A stretch of DNA of 64,000 nucleotides from a virus, in IMG/VR virus record IMGVR_UViG_3300006052_000009, positions 1 to 64,000 of that record; one strand, given 5' to 3'. The notes below the pieces were generated by a model that was given only the letters and a program-made list of their open reading frames with translations, was not told the origin of the DNA and ran no database searches. The translations under genes were made by a program, and so were the position numbers. This document shows, in pieces, positions 49,102 to 59,079 of the stretch; positions within the stretch are counted from its first letter, which is position 1, and every line of letters starts with the position of its first letter.

Positions 49102-49692
49102 ATGGATTCAGAAGAAGGTACAAACATTTTTAATGGTGCTCTTTCTGGCGCGGGAGCAGGTGCCGCTTTAGGTCCAGAGGGTGCATTAGTTGGTGGAGTT
49201 ATTGGTGCTGGATTAGGATTATTAAAACCTAAGCGTCCAAAATATAACATTGCGCCTGAAGTAAATGAAAATAAAGCATTAGCATCTGAATCTGCATTTG
49301 GTGTAAACCCAGAAATTGAAAGAGGGATCCAGTCTCAGGATCAAAATATGGCCAGTACCGTCAGCCAAGGCCAGCAGTACACCAACAATACTGGATCTAT
49401 TCTTAATCTTCTTCGTTCGGCCAATACTGCCCGTAACCAAGGAGTTAATTCTTTGCTTGCCGAAAGTGGTAACCTTCAGTCCCAAGGACGCAGTCAATTA
49501 ATGGGTGCCAATCAGCAGGGAGAGGCAGCTAGAGACAAAGCATTCGAGTATAACCAAGCCCAGCCATTCAAATATCAAACTGAGAGCATCGATAACATGG
49601 TTAAAGGAACATCTCAAAATCTATGGAAGATGCTTGATGCACAGAAGGCCGCTGGTATAATGAAGGAAGCTAACAGTAGTATTGATATTTAA
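49102..49692 (+). CDS. small ejection (internal virion) protein
   Basis: Gly/Ala-rich hydrophobic N-terminus; follows muzzle gene. Confidence 0.65.
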   Translation: MDSEEGTNIFNGALSGAGAGAALGPEGALVGGVIGAGLGLLKPKRPKYNIAPEVNENKALASESAFGVNPEIERGIQSQDQNMASTVSQGQQYTNNTGSILNLLRSANTARNQGVNSLLAESGNLQSQGRSQLMGANQQGEAARDKAFEYNQAQPFKYQTESIDNMVKGTSQNLWKMLDAQKAAGIMKEANSSIDI

Positions 49693-49695
49693 TTA

Positions 49696-51585
49696 ATGGC
49701 CTACCAAGAATTTGCTAATCCTAATGCAGCCGAGGCACCAGATATTGGTGACATGCCTCGGACGCTACAGGCATTGCAATATGTCAATCAGCAAAAGGAG
49801 AGAGCACTACAAGCTAGAAGAACCGCTGCTCAGAATTTAAAGGAATTTACTATAAACGGTAAGGATACGCCTAGTGTTGAGAGATTAACAAAAGAAGCTC
49901 AAGACGTTAAAAATGAAACGGTGAATGATATTATGAATTATGGTTCACCAAGGCCAGAGACTATAAAAAAACGAGATAAGATCGAACTGGCTCATAATAT
50001 AATGAAGACCGTTGATGAACAGACAAAATCTACTCTTGAAGAAATAGGAAAGTGGGATAAGTATATGAATAAGGGTAAGGCTATTGGTGAACTTGGTGAA
50101 GTAGCTACTTTTAATCCACCGGAGAACATGGATTTAATGGAGCATCAGCATGAGAGGGCTAATAGACTTTTAGATTTTCAGAACAAAGTAAATTCCGCTG
50201 TTAAGGGTGGTGATCACACTCCTGAATACTATAATAATGATTTGTTTACTGCTGACTGGGTAACTAAACAACACGAAAAAAATAAATCAAAATGGGGAGT
50301 AGGAACCGATGAAGAGGGTAAAAATTCTGGATCAACTGAAGCTCCACTAGTTGATTCAAAAGGTAATCCAAATGTTGAACCGCACATCAATGCTTACTTG
50401 GAATCTGATCCAAGAGTATTGCCAACAATACAACATGAGGCTATGCAACAAATAGAAAAAAATGTTGAAAATAATATTGCCTCTGATAAGAATTGGTTGG
50501 ACAAGGCGGGGAGAGCACTGTATGGGAAACCTTTTCAAAGTAAAGAAGAAGCTATAAATGATTTATTCAATCACCCAAATAATAACATTGTACCGGAAAC
50601 AGGTGAACTACAGCCTAGCGCGACAGATGAAAATGGTAGGATATTGAAATTTAATGACAGAGTTAGAAATATTGCAAAAGAAAAACTTGAAGAGTATAAT
50701 AATAAATCAAGTGAATACCTGCATGACGTGAGTAAAAACAATCATTCATTTGGTGCTAATAAAAATTCTTCAGTTAACGTACAGTACGATAACGGAAGCA
50801 CTGCACCTGGCCTTGGGCTTATTATCAATCATAAAGACAAGCCGATTCCATATGTTAACTTTCAGCCTAATAAATACTACAACCTATCAACTGGACAGAA
50901 TGTTAAAAATGTAAATCATCTTGATTTTAACGCTAACAATTATGTGCTTGTTTTGCGTAAAAAAAATGGTGATTTAGTTCCATTCAAAGCGCAAGATCAC
51001 GATCAGTTATTAGAGGAAATAAAGAACACTCCAGCCAAAGATTTAATAGGTAGTGACTTAACGTGGGCTATGAAAGGACAGGCTATAAATAAAGCCAATG
51101 AGTCATCAGCCCTCGATGCAATGTCGGCAGAGATGGCAAAAAATCCATCTCCTGCATTAGCCGCTGCCATCCAAGCATTAAAAGATTTTAAAAGTGGTGC
51201 CTCTGGAATTTCCCCCGAGCCACTTGCTGTAATGCAGAAATTAAGTGGGATGCCAAATATGATTACTGATATGATGATCGAGGTACCCAGAAATGGAAGT
51301 GCTGAAGCTAATTTGAAGGGATTCACTGGCGTTAATTTACACGATCCAAAAATTCTGAATAGGCCAGAGTTTAAAGATGTAATTGATTCATTCAATCAAA
51401 AAAAGAAAGAATCCAAAATACCAGAAGAGGCAGTAAAATCATATTGGGAGTCTCCAAAGGGGAAAAGTGATTTATCAAAAATAAAAAATACAGTAACACA
51501 AGATGAATGGAGCAATAAATGGAAGTCATTGAAAAGCGGAGAAAAAATGATCGGATTGGACGGTAAAGAATATACTAAAAAATGA
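49696..51585 (+). CDS. internal virion/ejection protein
   Basis: 629 aa; synteny. Confidence 0.6.
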   Translation: MAYQEFANPNAAEAPDIGDMPRTLQALQYVNQQKERALQARRTAAQNLKEFTINGKDTPSVERLTKEAQDVKNETVNDIMNYGSPRPETIKKRDKIELAHNIMKTVDEQTKSTLEEIGKWDKYMNKGKAIGELGEVATFNPPENMDLMEHQHERANRLLDFQNKVNSAVKGGDHTPEYYNNDLFTADWVTKQHEKNKSKWGVGTDEEGKNSGSTEAPLVDSKGNPNVEPHINAYLESDPRVLPTIQHEAMQQIEKNVENNIASDKNWLDKAGRALYGKPFQSKEEAINDLFNHPNNNIVPETGELQPSATDENGRILKFNDRVRNIAKEKLEEYNNKSSEYLHDVSKNNHSFGANKNSSVNVQYDNGSTAPGLGLIINHKDKPIPYVNFQPNKYYNLSTGQNVKNVNHLDFNANNYVLVLRKKNGDLVPFKAQDHDQLLEEIKNTPAKDLIGSDLTWAMKGQAINKANESSALDAMSAEMAKNPSPALAAAIQALKDFKSGASGISPEPLAVMQKLSGMPNMITDMMIEVPRNGSAEANLKGFTGVNLHDPKILNRPEFKDVIDSFNQKKKESKIPEEAVKSYWESPKGKSDLSKIKNTVTQDEWSNKWKSLKSGEKMIGLDGKEYTKK

Positions 51586-54500
51586 AAACAGGGAAAGACA
51601 ATCCTAAGAACTGGACTCCACCAGATGATGCCGTAGAGGTAATGGAGAAGCCATCATGGACTCCTCCTGAAGATGCTATTCCTGTAAAAAAAAAAGACCA
51701 TACCGTAAGCGAAACCGCATCTCCAAGTACATCAGCACAACCTGGCTCGGGCGAGTCATCCGTGGCCTTCGAGCAGCCAAAAAAGCCTTCTGGAAAAGCT
51801 ACAGAACCCAACATCCTTAATGCGCCTTCCGTCAAGGCAATGCAAGAGGTTGACCTAAGCAAGCCTGAAGAAGAAACAAATATATGGAAGGAACTCGGTA
51901 AGTTTTTAATCGGAGATACTCAGAATAAACTTTTCCAACAGAAACAAACCAAGGAGCAGAAAGTCAAATCAGAGTTCTTCAAAGAGGCTGGTGAAGAAGA
52001 GGATAAATCTTTATCACATCAAATAGCGCAGGGATTAAAGCAAGTCGGTCCATCTCTTGACAAGGCTGCTGTTGAAAATATTTCAATGCTACCGAAGGCT
52101 TTAGCCATGGCACAGCATGGTGTTGAACTCGGCATAGAAAAGATCACAGGTGCCAAAGCACAACCAATAGAGAATTTATTGCCGATGCAGGCAGGTAAAT
52201 GGATTGATGATAAGGCAAGAGAGTTAGGCATCGGTGTGATTGATCCTCGCCACGCAGGATTTTTGAATAGTGAAATTCCTCACATGTTCGGTAATATGTT
52301 ACTCCTTTACATGACAGGCGGTGCATCCGCCGCAGGTAAGGCAGGACAACTCGCAGAGGGACTTGCTAACGAAGGATTGAAGGGAATGACCAAGGAGGCC
52401 ATCAAGCATGTAGGGCCGACTGCCGCAGTTGCTGGTGCTCAGATGGGAGTAGCTGAATTTGAGAAAGCAAAAGAAATGGGTGCCTCTGATGATGCTGCCT
52501 TCAGAACTTTCCTTGGCACACTTCCTGCAAGTGGCTTTTATGCTGTACCTCTTGCAAGACAAATAGAGAGAATCAATAATCTTACTGGTGGTGGTATTGT
52601 AAATGCACTTAAGACAAAAGGGATCAACTCAATCGAGATGGCTACTCAGTCGGCAGTGTATAACACCATGTCTAATGCCATTGCTAAAAATCAATACGAT
52701 CCTAACCGAGGATACTTGGAGGGATTGAAAGAGTCTGTAGGCACTGGTGCATTCGTTGGATTGATAATGCCTGGAGTGGTTAAGGTGGCGAAGGAAAATC
52801 CTAAGTACAGAGATGAAATATTGAAGGAGGCAAGAACCGTCCTTGAGAAGCCAGATGTGGTTAAATCACCAGAGCAGACGATCAGTGATGCTCAGGATGA
52901 AATAAAATCTTCTGGTGATCTTGGGAATATAAATCAGAAAGCCGAAGAAATAGTCGATAACCTTAAACAACAAAGCAATGCCGTACAAGAGCCTAAAGCA
53001 GGAGAGGTACTTCAACGCGAACAAGAGCAAGTTGGAGGCACAGGGAGTGAACGTGGACGAGTGGAACAAAGCGTCCAAGGGAAAGAAACTTCCGGAGAGA
53101 GCAATGTCCAAGAGCCACGCACGGAAGAAACTGGCAATGGTGGCGTTGGCAAACAAGAGGAAACATTAAACCAACAACAAAATGAAAATGAAACTGGGAA
53201 CGGGGAAACGCTTCAAAGCAGGCGTGAACAAAATCGAGAAGAAGGAGGGACTGAGCAAGGAGTCAGCCTCAGCGATAATGGCCAGCGCAGGGAGGAAGAA
53301 GTACGGGGCGAAGAAAATGGCGGCCTGGGCGCACAAAAAGTAAATGAGTCAACAATTGGATTTGCACCATATCGTTCGAAAAATGTTAAAACGATTAAGG
53401 AAGACAGCGAGATTCGTCAGTCGGAAGACTACAAAGCTCATCAAGAGAATGTACAAAAGATTGCAGACGGACTGGGAATAAAGATCGTTGACAAGGCCGA
53501 TACGTGGGGTGGATATGTGGACAGCGAGACAGGTGTTCCTGTGCAGGAGGTGTCCAACATGATCCACGTAGAGGGACCGCCAGAGAAGATCAAATTGATG
53601 GCTGCCTTGCTTGGTAAGACATCCCCAGAGATGCAGGACTCCGTGCTCATCGGTGGCTATAAAAATGAGGGTAACGGGGTAGAATATCGATTTAATTTGG
53701 GTGATTTTAAGCAGGGTGAAAAAGCCGTAAAACTGCTAAAGGAGAATGGATTGGAGTATTTTACCCTAGATACCAAGACGGGGCAATTGACAATTTTAGA
53801 TCCTGAGAACACGAATACAAAAAATATTGTTACATTTACTGAATCTCTCAAGAAAAATGGAATCGCACATGAACTCAGAGCCAGCAAAATCGAAGCCGAA
53901 TTCATCGGATCACAAGATTATGATCGAATTATTGGAGAAGGAGCACGGACTCAAGTGGGAGCAGAGAACGGGTTCGATATTAATGCCCATATCAAAGGGG
54001 CTGAAGGAAAGTATGAAGGGATCAAAAACTCCAAAGCCCTAGAGAAGTTCGGTGTCCAACCAAAGGACATTCCTGCCACAAGCAGTTTACTCACAAGACT
54101 ATTCGAAGGATTAAAGCAGTCGGGAATTACGACAGCTAAGAATGTGTCCGATTGGGTAAGTATTGGTAAGGCAGCTAAACAAAGGGTATCCGCTTTATTC
54201 CAACCAACCATTTACGGACTAAGTAAAATTACGAAAGAACCTGCTTTTGATAAATCGAACTTTGAAAAAGATATTGCCAGTGGTCGCGTATCGTTTAAAG
54301 AACCAAGTGAATCATTGGAGGATAAATATTTTGCAATCACCCATCCAGATGATTTTTATACAGGCAGTACCAAAATAGGTAATAAAAAAATATCAGAGGG
54401 TGGTGGTGGTGTATTTTTCACGCTGGCCAGAGGTGGAAAAGGTGATGTGTGGGCATCTGTTTCTGAAAATGGAGCCAAGAATTTCGCTAAACAATTGAAT

Positions 54501-57500
54501 GAATCATTAGAAAAAAATAATGGCGAAGGTATAGTGATTCTATCTAAACGTGATGATACAAAACACTCAACATCGCTACAAGCTAAAGTTGGATTTGTTA
54601 AAATGCTTTTGCATTACGGAAAGGATAAAAATGGTTATGACGGATTGATTAAAGCGATCAAGGATATCTATAGCATAGGTAATACAAAAGACGCTCAAAA
54701 AGTTATAGATCTTTTTGATAATTACCTCCATGGTGGTCGAATGGCAGACGGACAAACCATGAACGAGGCAAAGACATCATATCAAAATTTCAGAGCATCA
54801 TTAATAAAAAATGCTAATCCATTAATAACTCAGATGATGAGAGATATGGGTTATGAAGGTCCAGAATTTTTTGATGCAACCCAACTAAAAAAGGGTATCT
54901 ATAAAGCAACTGGGAAAGGGATTGATACCATGTTTACTGACATTGGTCAGGAAGATTTTTTAAAAGGTGTTGCGCCTGGTTCAGCCTACGCTGCGATAAA
55001 AGTTAACAGTAAAGTCATCGTTGAACCTAACAAAGGACATCCCTCTTATCCATTTTTAATAAAAACTGCGGATGGCTCACCAGTGAAACTAGATGTTTTC
55101 AAAAGAACATTTATGACTCACGGTAAAAATCAAGCTATCAATGGACGATCTAGTGAAAAGGGAAGTTTTGGAGTAGTAACAACAACAAAGCCAGATTACA
55201 CATTCAATAAAAATGCTGATTTAAATAACCCATCATCAAAGTCATTAATTGATCCGCTTAGTAAATATGGAGCAATTGATAGAACGAATGCCTTAAAGCA
55301 AAACGCTAACGCTCAATTCCGTGTCAAGAACGGTCAGAAGATCATTGAGTCACTCAAAGACTTCAGCCGTGTAAAGAACAAGGCCAAGGCTGTCGTTGCC
55401 TTCACCCACGAAGTAATGCATGGCACAGTTACATCTATCCTCGATGCCGCATCAGAGGGAAATGAGGTTGGACTTAAGCATGCTAATACCATCGTTGAAG
55501 AGTTCAATAAAGCAACTGGTAAGAATATCACCCGCGATCAGTTGCTACAAGGTAATGAACAGTTCAAGCAAGGTAAGACCACTGACTCGTATCGTGCTGT
55601 GCAGGAGTTCATCGCCAGATCGTGGGAACTTTATAACCGCAAGGGACCGAAAGGGTTCAGCGAGTCATTCCAGAAAGTCCTCGATGCGATATCTACTTCG
55701 TTCCGTCAGGTGTACAAAGCCTGGAAAGGAAGCGAGATCGATGTGCCACTCTCGAAAGAACTCGAGGGTATGTTCAATGAATTATTAGGAAAAGAAAATG
55801 AAAAAACTGAAACCCAACGAACTGGAGAAACTACAGGAGGAGAGCCAGTTTCAGAAACTGCCACACAAGAAGCACTTCCTCCACAAGAAAACAAAGAAGT
55901 CCAAGGAACAGAAGGACTGAAGCAAGAGGCACCTGAGCAAGGACAAAAGAGCCTTTTAAATCGTGCCTATTTTGGCGCAACTGAAGAAACGATAAAATCG
56001 GAAATTGAAAAACAAGGACTACAATATCCGATTGAGTCACATGAAGAAGCTCGAAGAAAGGCTGATGAATTTATTAATTCAGTTGGAATTGACAACGCTC
56101 TTAATGCGGTTAGAAATAATGAAGTAGAGGATGGTGCCGCTGCTTACATCTGGGCAAAAGCAATTGATTCAATGGATAATAATCCTGTTGAACAGGCTAA
56201 ACTATTGGGTGAGTTCGACACTAAAATGCGTTCAAGTGGTAGGCTTATTTCGGCACTTGGTGATGTATACAAAAGTTCTGATTTCAATTACAATGTAGAA
56301 AGACAAATAAGTCAATTTAAAACATTGAACAATGGACAGATACCTATTGAAGTTGAAAGAAAGTTCCGTGAACTTGATCAGAAACTGAAGGAGGCTAATG
56401 ATAAAATCAAACAACTTGAGGCTAACCAAAACTCCTTCAAAAGAATAGCCGAGCACGAAAAGGAGGAACGTAAAAAATTAATAACTGAAAAAAAGAAAAA
56501 GGAGATAGTCAACTTTTTTGATGCTCTGAAAATCGATACCAAAAACAACATTGCAACCGCATCAATATTGCCAATAGGGGTTCTTCCTCATGTATGGAAT
56601 GCGACAGTTGATGTTATTAAACAGGCTGTATTAACAGGTGCCGATGTAGCCAATGCTATTCAGGCGGGTATTGATTACATTAAGGCAAATCAAAAAGAGC
56701 CATTTGATGAAAAGAAATTCAGGGAAGAGTTTACGCCTGAAATTCAAAAGATCATTCCTAGGAAAGAGCCTGTTAAAATGCCTTCCGTTGAACAAGGAAA
56801 AATTAAAATTCCAGACAGTTTAATAAAAGAACTTGTAGCCAATGGGGCATCTACAATTGAGGAACTTACAGATCAGGTTCATTCTCTAATTAAAGAAACC
56901 AATCCGGAGATCACCATTAGGGAGGTGAGGGATGCCATTACAAAGTACGGACGTACTGCTTCAATGAGCCAGGAAGCTATCGATGTAGAGATACGTAAGA
57001 TGAAGAGAATTGGCCGACAGTTGTCAATATTGGAAGACATTCAAAAGAAACAACGTCCACTACGTTCTGGACTTCAGCGGGATAAATTATCTGATCATGA
57101 AAGAAGACTTCGTAAAGAAATAAACGAGGGCTTAAAAGAATTGCCATTAGATAAAGAGGAGGAGGATAGACAATGGAGGACGGCACTTGATGCTGTTAAA
57201 TCACGGCTTCAAAATCAGATATCGGATCTCGAGCATCAAATCGAAACTGGCAAGAAGACACCAAAGAAAAAAGGTATTGAATATGATGCCGAAGCGATAG
57301 CGTTACATAAAAGAAGGGACGAATTAAAAAGCATCATTGAAGAAATTGAAGGGAAACAAGGTGTCCCCGATGAGACAAGATTAAAGAATGCAATCAAGGC
57401 TGCCGAAAATTCTCATTATGAATACGAAAGAAGAATCAGAGAAAAAGATTTCTATAAAAGAGAAGGGAAGCCTCTTCCTGAATCAGAAGAATTAAAGATA

Positions 57501-59039
57501 GTAAAGGAACAAAGAGATCAGGCCAAAAAGATTTACAATGAATTGAAGGAAAGCGAGGGTGTAGCAGAGGCGCAAAGAAGAGAATCGAGAAAGAAAGCAA
57601 TTCGTAAATCGATCTCCGAATACGAAAGAAGAATTAAAGAAAAAGACTTTGTAAAAAAAGAGCCAAAGAAAACTTCTGTAGACGAAGAATTGAAACGACT
57701 GAAGATTCAAAAGAATCAGATCAAAGAACAATTTGATATTGAGCAAGAGAAAAACAGACTTGCTAATAGAACGAAGTCTGAAAAGGCTTGGGATGCAACT
57801 TTGGATATTTCTAATCTTCCAAAGTCTTTGTTAGCATCAATTGATATGTCGGCCCCACTTAGGCAAGGAATAATATTAAGTGCTGGTAATCCTGTAATTG
57901 GAGGTAAATCTTTTGTTGAAATGGTTAGACAAGCATTTTCAAAAGAAAGAGCATCCCAATGGCTTCATGAATTAAGGATGACTGATGAGTATCAATTAAT
58001 GAAGGAATCGAAATTATTCCTATCTGAGCCAAGCGTTTCATTGTCTGCCAGAGAAGAATTTTTCATGTCTAATTTAGCTGAGAAAATTCCTGTTTTAGGA
58101 AAATTAGTCGCTGGTAGTAACAGGGCTTATACTGGGTTCTTGAATAAGTTGAGAGCCGATGTTTTTAATTATGGTGTAAATAATTTAAAAGATCAGGGAA
58201 TCACAATTGAAAATAATCCAGAGGTATATAAAGCATGGGCATCATTTATCAATAATGCTAGTGGTAGGGGTGAGTTAGGAGCACTAGAAAACTCTGCAAC
58301 AGTTTTAAATACTGTATTTTTTGCACCACGATATGTAGCATCAAGGATTAATCTTTTGAATCCTGTAACCTATGCAAAGATGCCACAACCTGTAAGGATA
58401 ATGGCAATGAAAAATATGCTTTCATTTCTTGGATTTTATGCCATTACAGCGATGATGATGTCGGCGGCAGGAGCCGAGGAAGAAAAAGATCCTCGTAGCA
58501 CTGATTTTGGTAAGTTCAAATTTGGCGATACACGTTATGACATACTCGCTGGATTCCAACCAATCATTAGATTGATTGGTCAGTTAGCAACAGGTGAGGT
58601 TAAAAGAAAAGGTAAGATTCAATCTTTGACATCACATGAAAAGAATGGAAAAATTGTACAGCCACAAGAAACAAGGGCTGACATTTTATTAAGATTCGGA
58701 AGAAGTAAATTATCGCCAGCATTGGGAGCCGCTGCTGATCTATTGACGGGAAAAGATATGGTTGGACAGCCTGTTACTTGGGACTCAGAACTGCTTAAAA
58801 CAGTTACTCCTCTGTACATTCAGGACATCCACTCAATTTATAAGAGCGAAGGAGCCACTGGAGTCTTAACATCGGCCATTCCTGCGTTCTTTGGTGTTGG
58901 AGTTCAGAATTATCCAGAGAAACCAGAAAAACAAAAGAAATCATTATCATTAAGACAACAGATAATGAAGCCATTTAAGGAGGCCATGCATCCAATGGAT
59001 AGTACCTTTAATAAACTGAAGAAAGACTTGAGAAAATAA
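51582..59039 (+). CDS. large polyvalent ejection protein with zincin-like domain
   Basis: 2485 aa; HEVMH at 55407 with downstream QEFIA; long coiled coils; C-terminal hydrophobic domain. Confidence 0.8.
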   Translation: MKTGKDNPKNWTPPDDAVEVMEKPSWTPPEDAIPVKKKDHTVSETASPSTSAQPGSGESSVAFEQPKKPSGKATEPNILNAPSVKAMQEVDLSKPEEETNIWKELGKFLIGDTQNKLFQQKQTKEQKVKSEFFKEAGEEEDKSLSHQIAQGLKQVGPSLDKAAVENISMLPKALAMAQHGVELGIEKITGAKAQPIENLLPMQAGKWIDDKARELGIGVIDPRHAGFLNSEIPHMFGNMLLLYMTGGASAAGKAGQLAEGLANEGLKGMTKEAIKHVGPTAAVAGAQMGVAEFEKAKEMGASDDAAFRTFLGTLPASGFYAVPLARQIERINNLTGGGIVNALKTKGINSIEMATQSAVYNTMSNAIAKNQYDPNRGYLEGLKESVGTGAFVGLIMPGVVKVAKENPKYRDEILKEARTVLEKPDVVKSPEQTISDAQDEIKSSGDLGNINQKAEEIVDNLKQQSNAVQEPKAGEVLQREQEQVGGTGSERGRVEQSVQGKETSGESNVQEPRTEETGNGGVGKQEETLNQQQNENETGNGETLQSRREQNREEGGTEQGVSLSDNGQRREEEVRGEENGGLGAQKVNESTIGFAPYRSKNVKTIKEDSEIRQSEDYKAHQENVQKIADGLGIKIVDKADTWGGYVDSETGVPVQEVSNMIHVEGPPEKIKLMAALLGKTSPEMQDSVLIGGYKNEGNGVEYRFNLGDFKQGEKAVKLLKENGLEYFTLDTKTGQLTILDPENTNTKNIVTFTESLKKNGIAHELRASKIEAEFIGSQDYDRIIGEGARTQVGAENGFDINAHIKGAEGKYEGIKNSKALEKFGVQPKDIPATSSLLTRLFEGLKQSGITTAKNVSDWVSIGKAAKQRVSALFQPTIYGLSKITKEPAFDKSNFEKDIASGRVSFKEPSESLEDKYFAITHPDDFYTGSTKIGNKKISEGGGGVFFTLARGGKGDVWASVSENGAKNFAKQLNESLEKNNGEGIVILSKRDDTKHSTSLQAKVGFVKMLLHYGKDKNGYDGLIKAIKDIYSIGNTKDAQKVIDLFDNYLHGGRMADGQTMNEAKTSYQNFRASLIKNANPLITQMMRDMGYEGPEFFDATQLKKGIYKATGKGIDTMFTDIGQEDFLKGVAPGSAYAAIKVNSKVIVEPNKGHPSYPFLIKTADGSPVKLDVFKRTFMTHGKNQAINGRSSEKGSFGVVTTTKPDYTFNKNADLNNPSSKSLIDPLSKYGAIDRTNALKQNANAQFRVKNGQKIIESLKDFSRVKNKAKAVVAFTHEVMHGTVTSILDAASEGNEVGLKHANTIVEEFNKATGKNITRDQLLQGNEQFKQGKTTDSYRAVQEFIARSWELYNRKGPKGFSESFQKVLDAISTSFRQVYKAWKGSEIDVPLSKELEGMFNELLGKENEKTETQRTGETTGGEPVSETATQEALPPQENKEVQGTEGLKQEAPEQGQKSLLNRAYFGATEETIKSEIEKQGLQYPIESHEEARRKADEFINSVGIDNALNAVRNNEVEDGAAAYIWAKAIDSMDNNPVEQAKLLGEFDTKMRSSGRLISALGDVYKSSDFNYNVERQISQFKTLNNGQIPIEVERKFRELDQKLKEANDKIKQLEANQNSFKRIAEHEKEERKKLITEKKKKEIVNFFDALKIDTKNNIATASILPIGVLPHVWNATVDVIKQAVLTGADVANAIQAGIDYIKANQKEPFDEKKFREEFTPEIQKIIPRKEPVKMPSVEQGKIKIPDSLIKELVANGASTIEELTDQVHSLIKETNPEITIREVRDAITKYGRTASMSQEAIDVEIRKMKRIGRQLSILEDIQKKQRPLRSGLQRDKLSDHERRLRKEINEGLKELPLDKEEEDRQWRTALDAVKSRLQNQISDLEHQIETGKKTPKKKGIEYDAEAIALHKRRDELKSIIEEIEGKQGVPDETRLKNAIKAAENSHYEYERRIREKDFYKREGKPLPESEELKIVKEQRDQAKKIYNELKESEGVAEAQRRESRKKAIRKSISEYERRIKEKDFVKKEPKKTSVDEELKRLKIQKNQIKEQFDIEQEKNRLANRTKSEKAWDATLDISNLPKSLLASIDMSAPLRQGIILSAGNPVIGGKSFVEMVRQAFSKERASQWLHELRMTDEYQLMKESKLFLSEPSVSLSAREEFFMSNLAEKIPVLGKLVAGSNRAYTGFLNKLRADVFNYGVNNLKDQGITIENNPEVYKAWASFINNASGRGELGALENSATVLNTVFFAPRYVASRINLLNPVTYAKMPQPVRIMAMKNMLSFLGFYAITAMMMSAAGAEEEKDPRSTDFGKFKFGDTRYDILAGFQPIIRLIGQLATGEVKRKGKIQSLTSHEKNGKIVQPQETRADILLRFGRSKLSPALGAAADLLTGKDMVGQPVTWDSELLKTVTPLYIQDIHSIYKSEGATGVLTSAIPAFFGVGVQNYPEKPEKQKKSLSLRQQIMKPFKEAMHPMDSTFNKLKKDLRK
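52978..53169 (+). CDS. nested small basic protein (+1 frame), 63 aa
   Basis: MPYKSLKQERYFNANKSKLEAQGVNVDEWNKASKGKKLPER; A/C-rich leader. Confidence 0.7.
   Translation: MPYKSLKQERYFNANKSKLEAQGVNVDEWNKASKGKKLPERAMSKSHARKKLAMVALANKRKH
53182..53343 (+). CDS. nested small basic protein (+1 frame), 53 aa
   Basis: MKMKLGTGKRFKAGVNKIEKKEGLSKESASAIMASAGRKKYGAKKMAAWAHKK; leader taaaccaacaacaaaATG. Confidence 0.7.
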   Translation: MKMKLGTGKRFKAGVNKIEKKEGLSKESASAIMASAGRKKYGAKKMAAWAHKK

Positions 59040-59079
59040 ACATTAACTTTTTACTTAACTTTGTTAAAAACCAAGCATT

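Noticed and set aside
55420-55788. 122-aa +1-frame ORF as another nested gene
   Set aside because: Overlaps the zincin domain where frame 0 is constrained; S/R-rich shadow composition and no A/C-rich leader.
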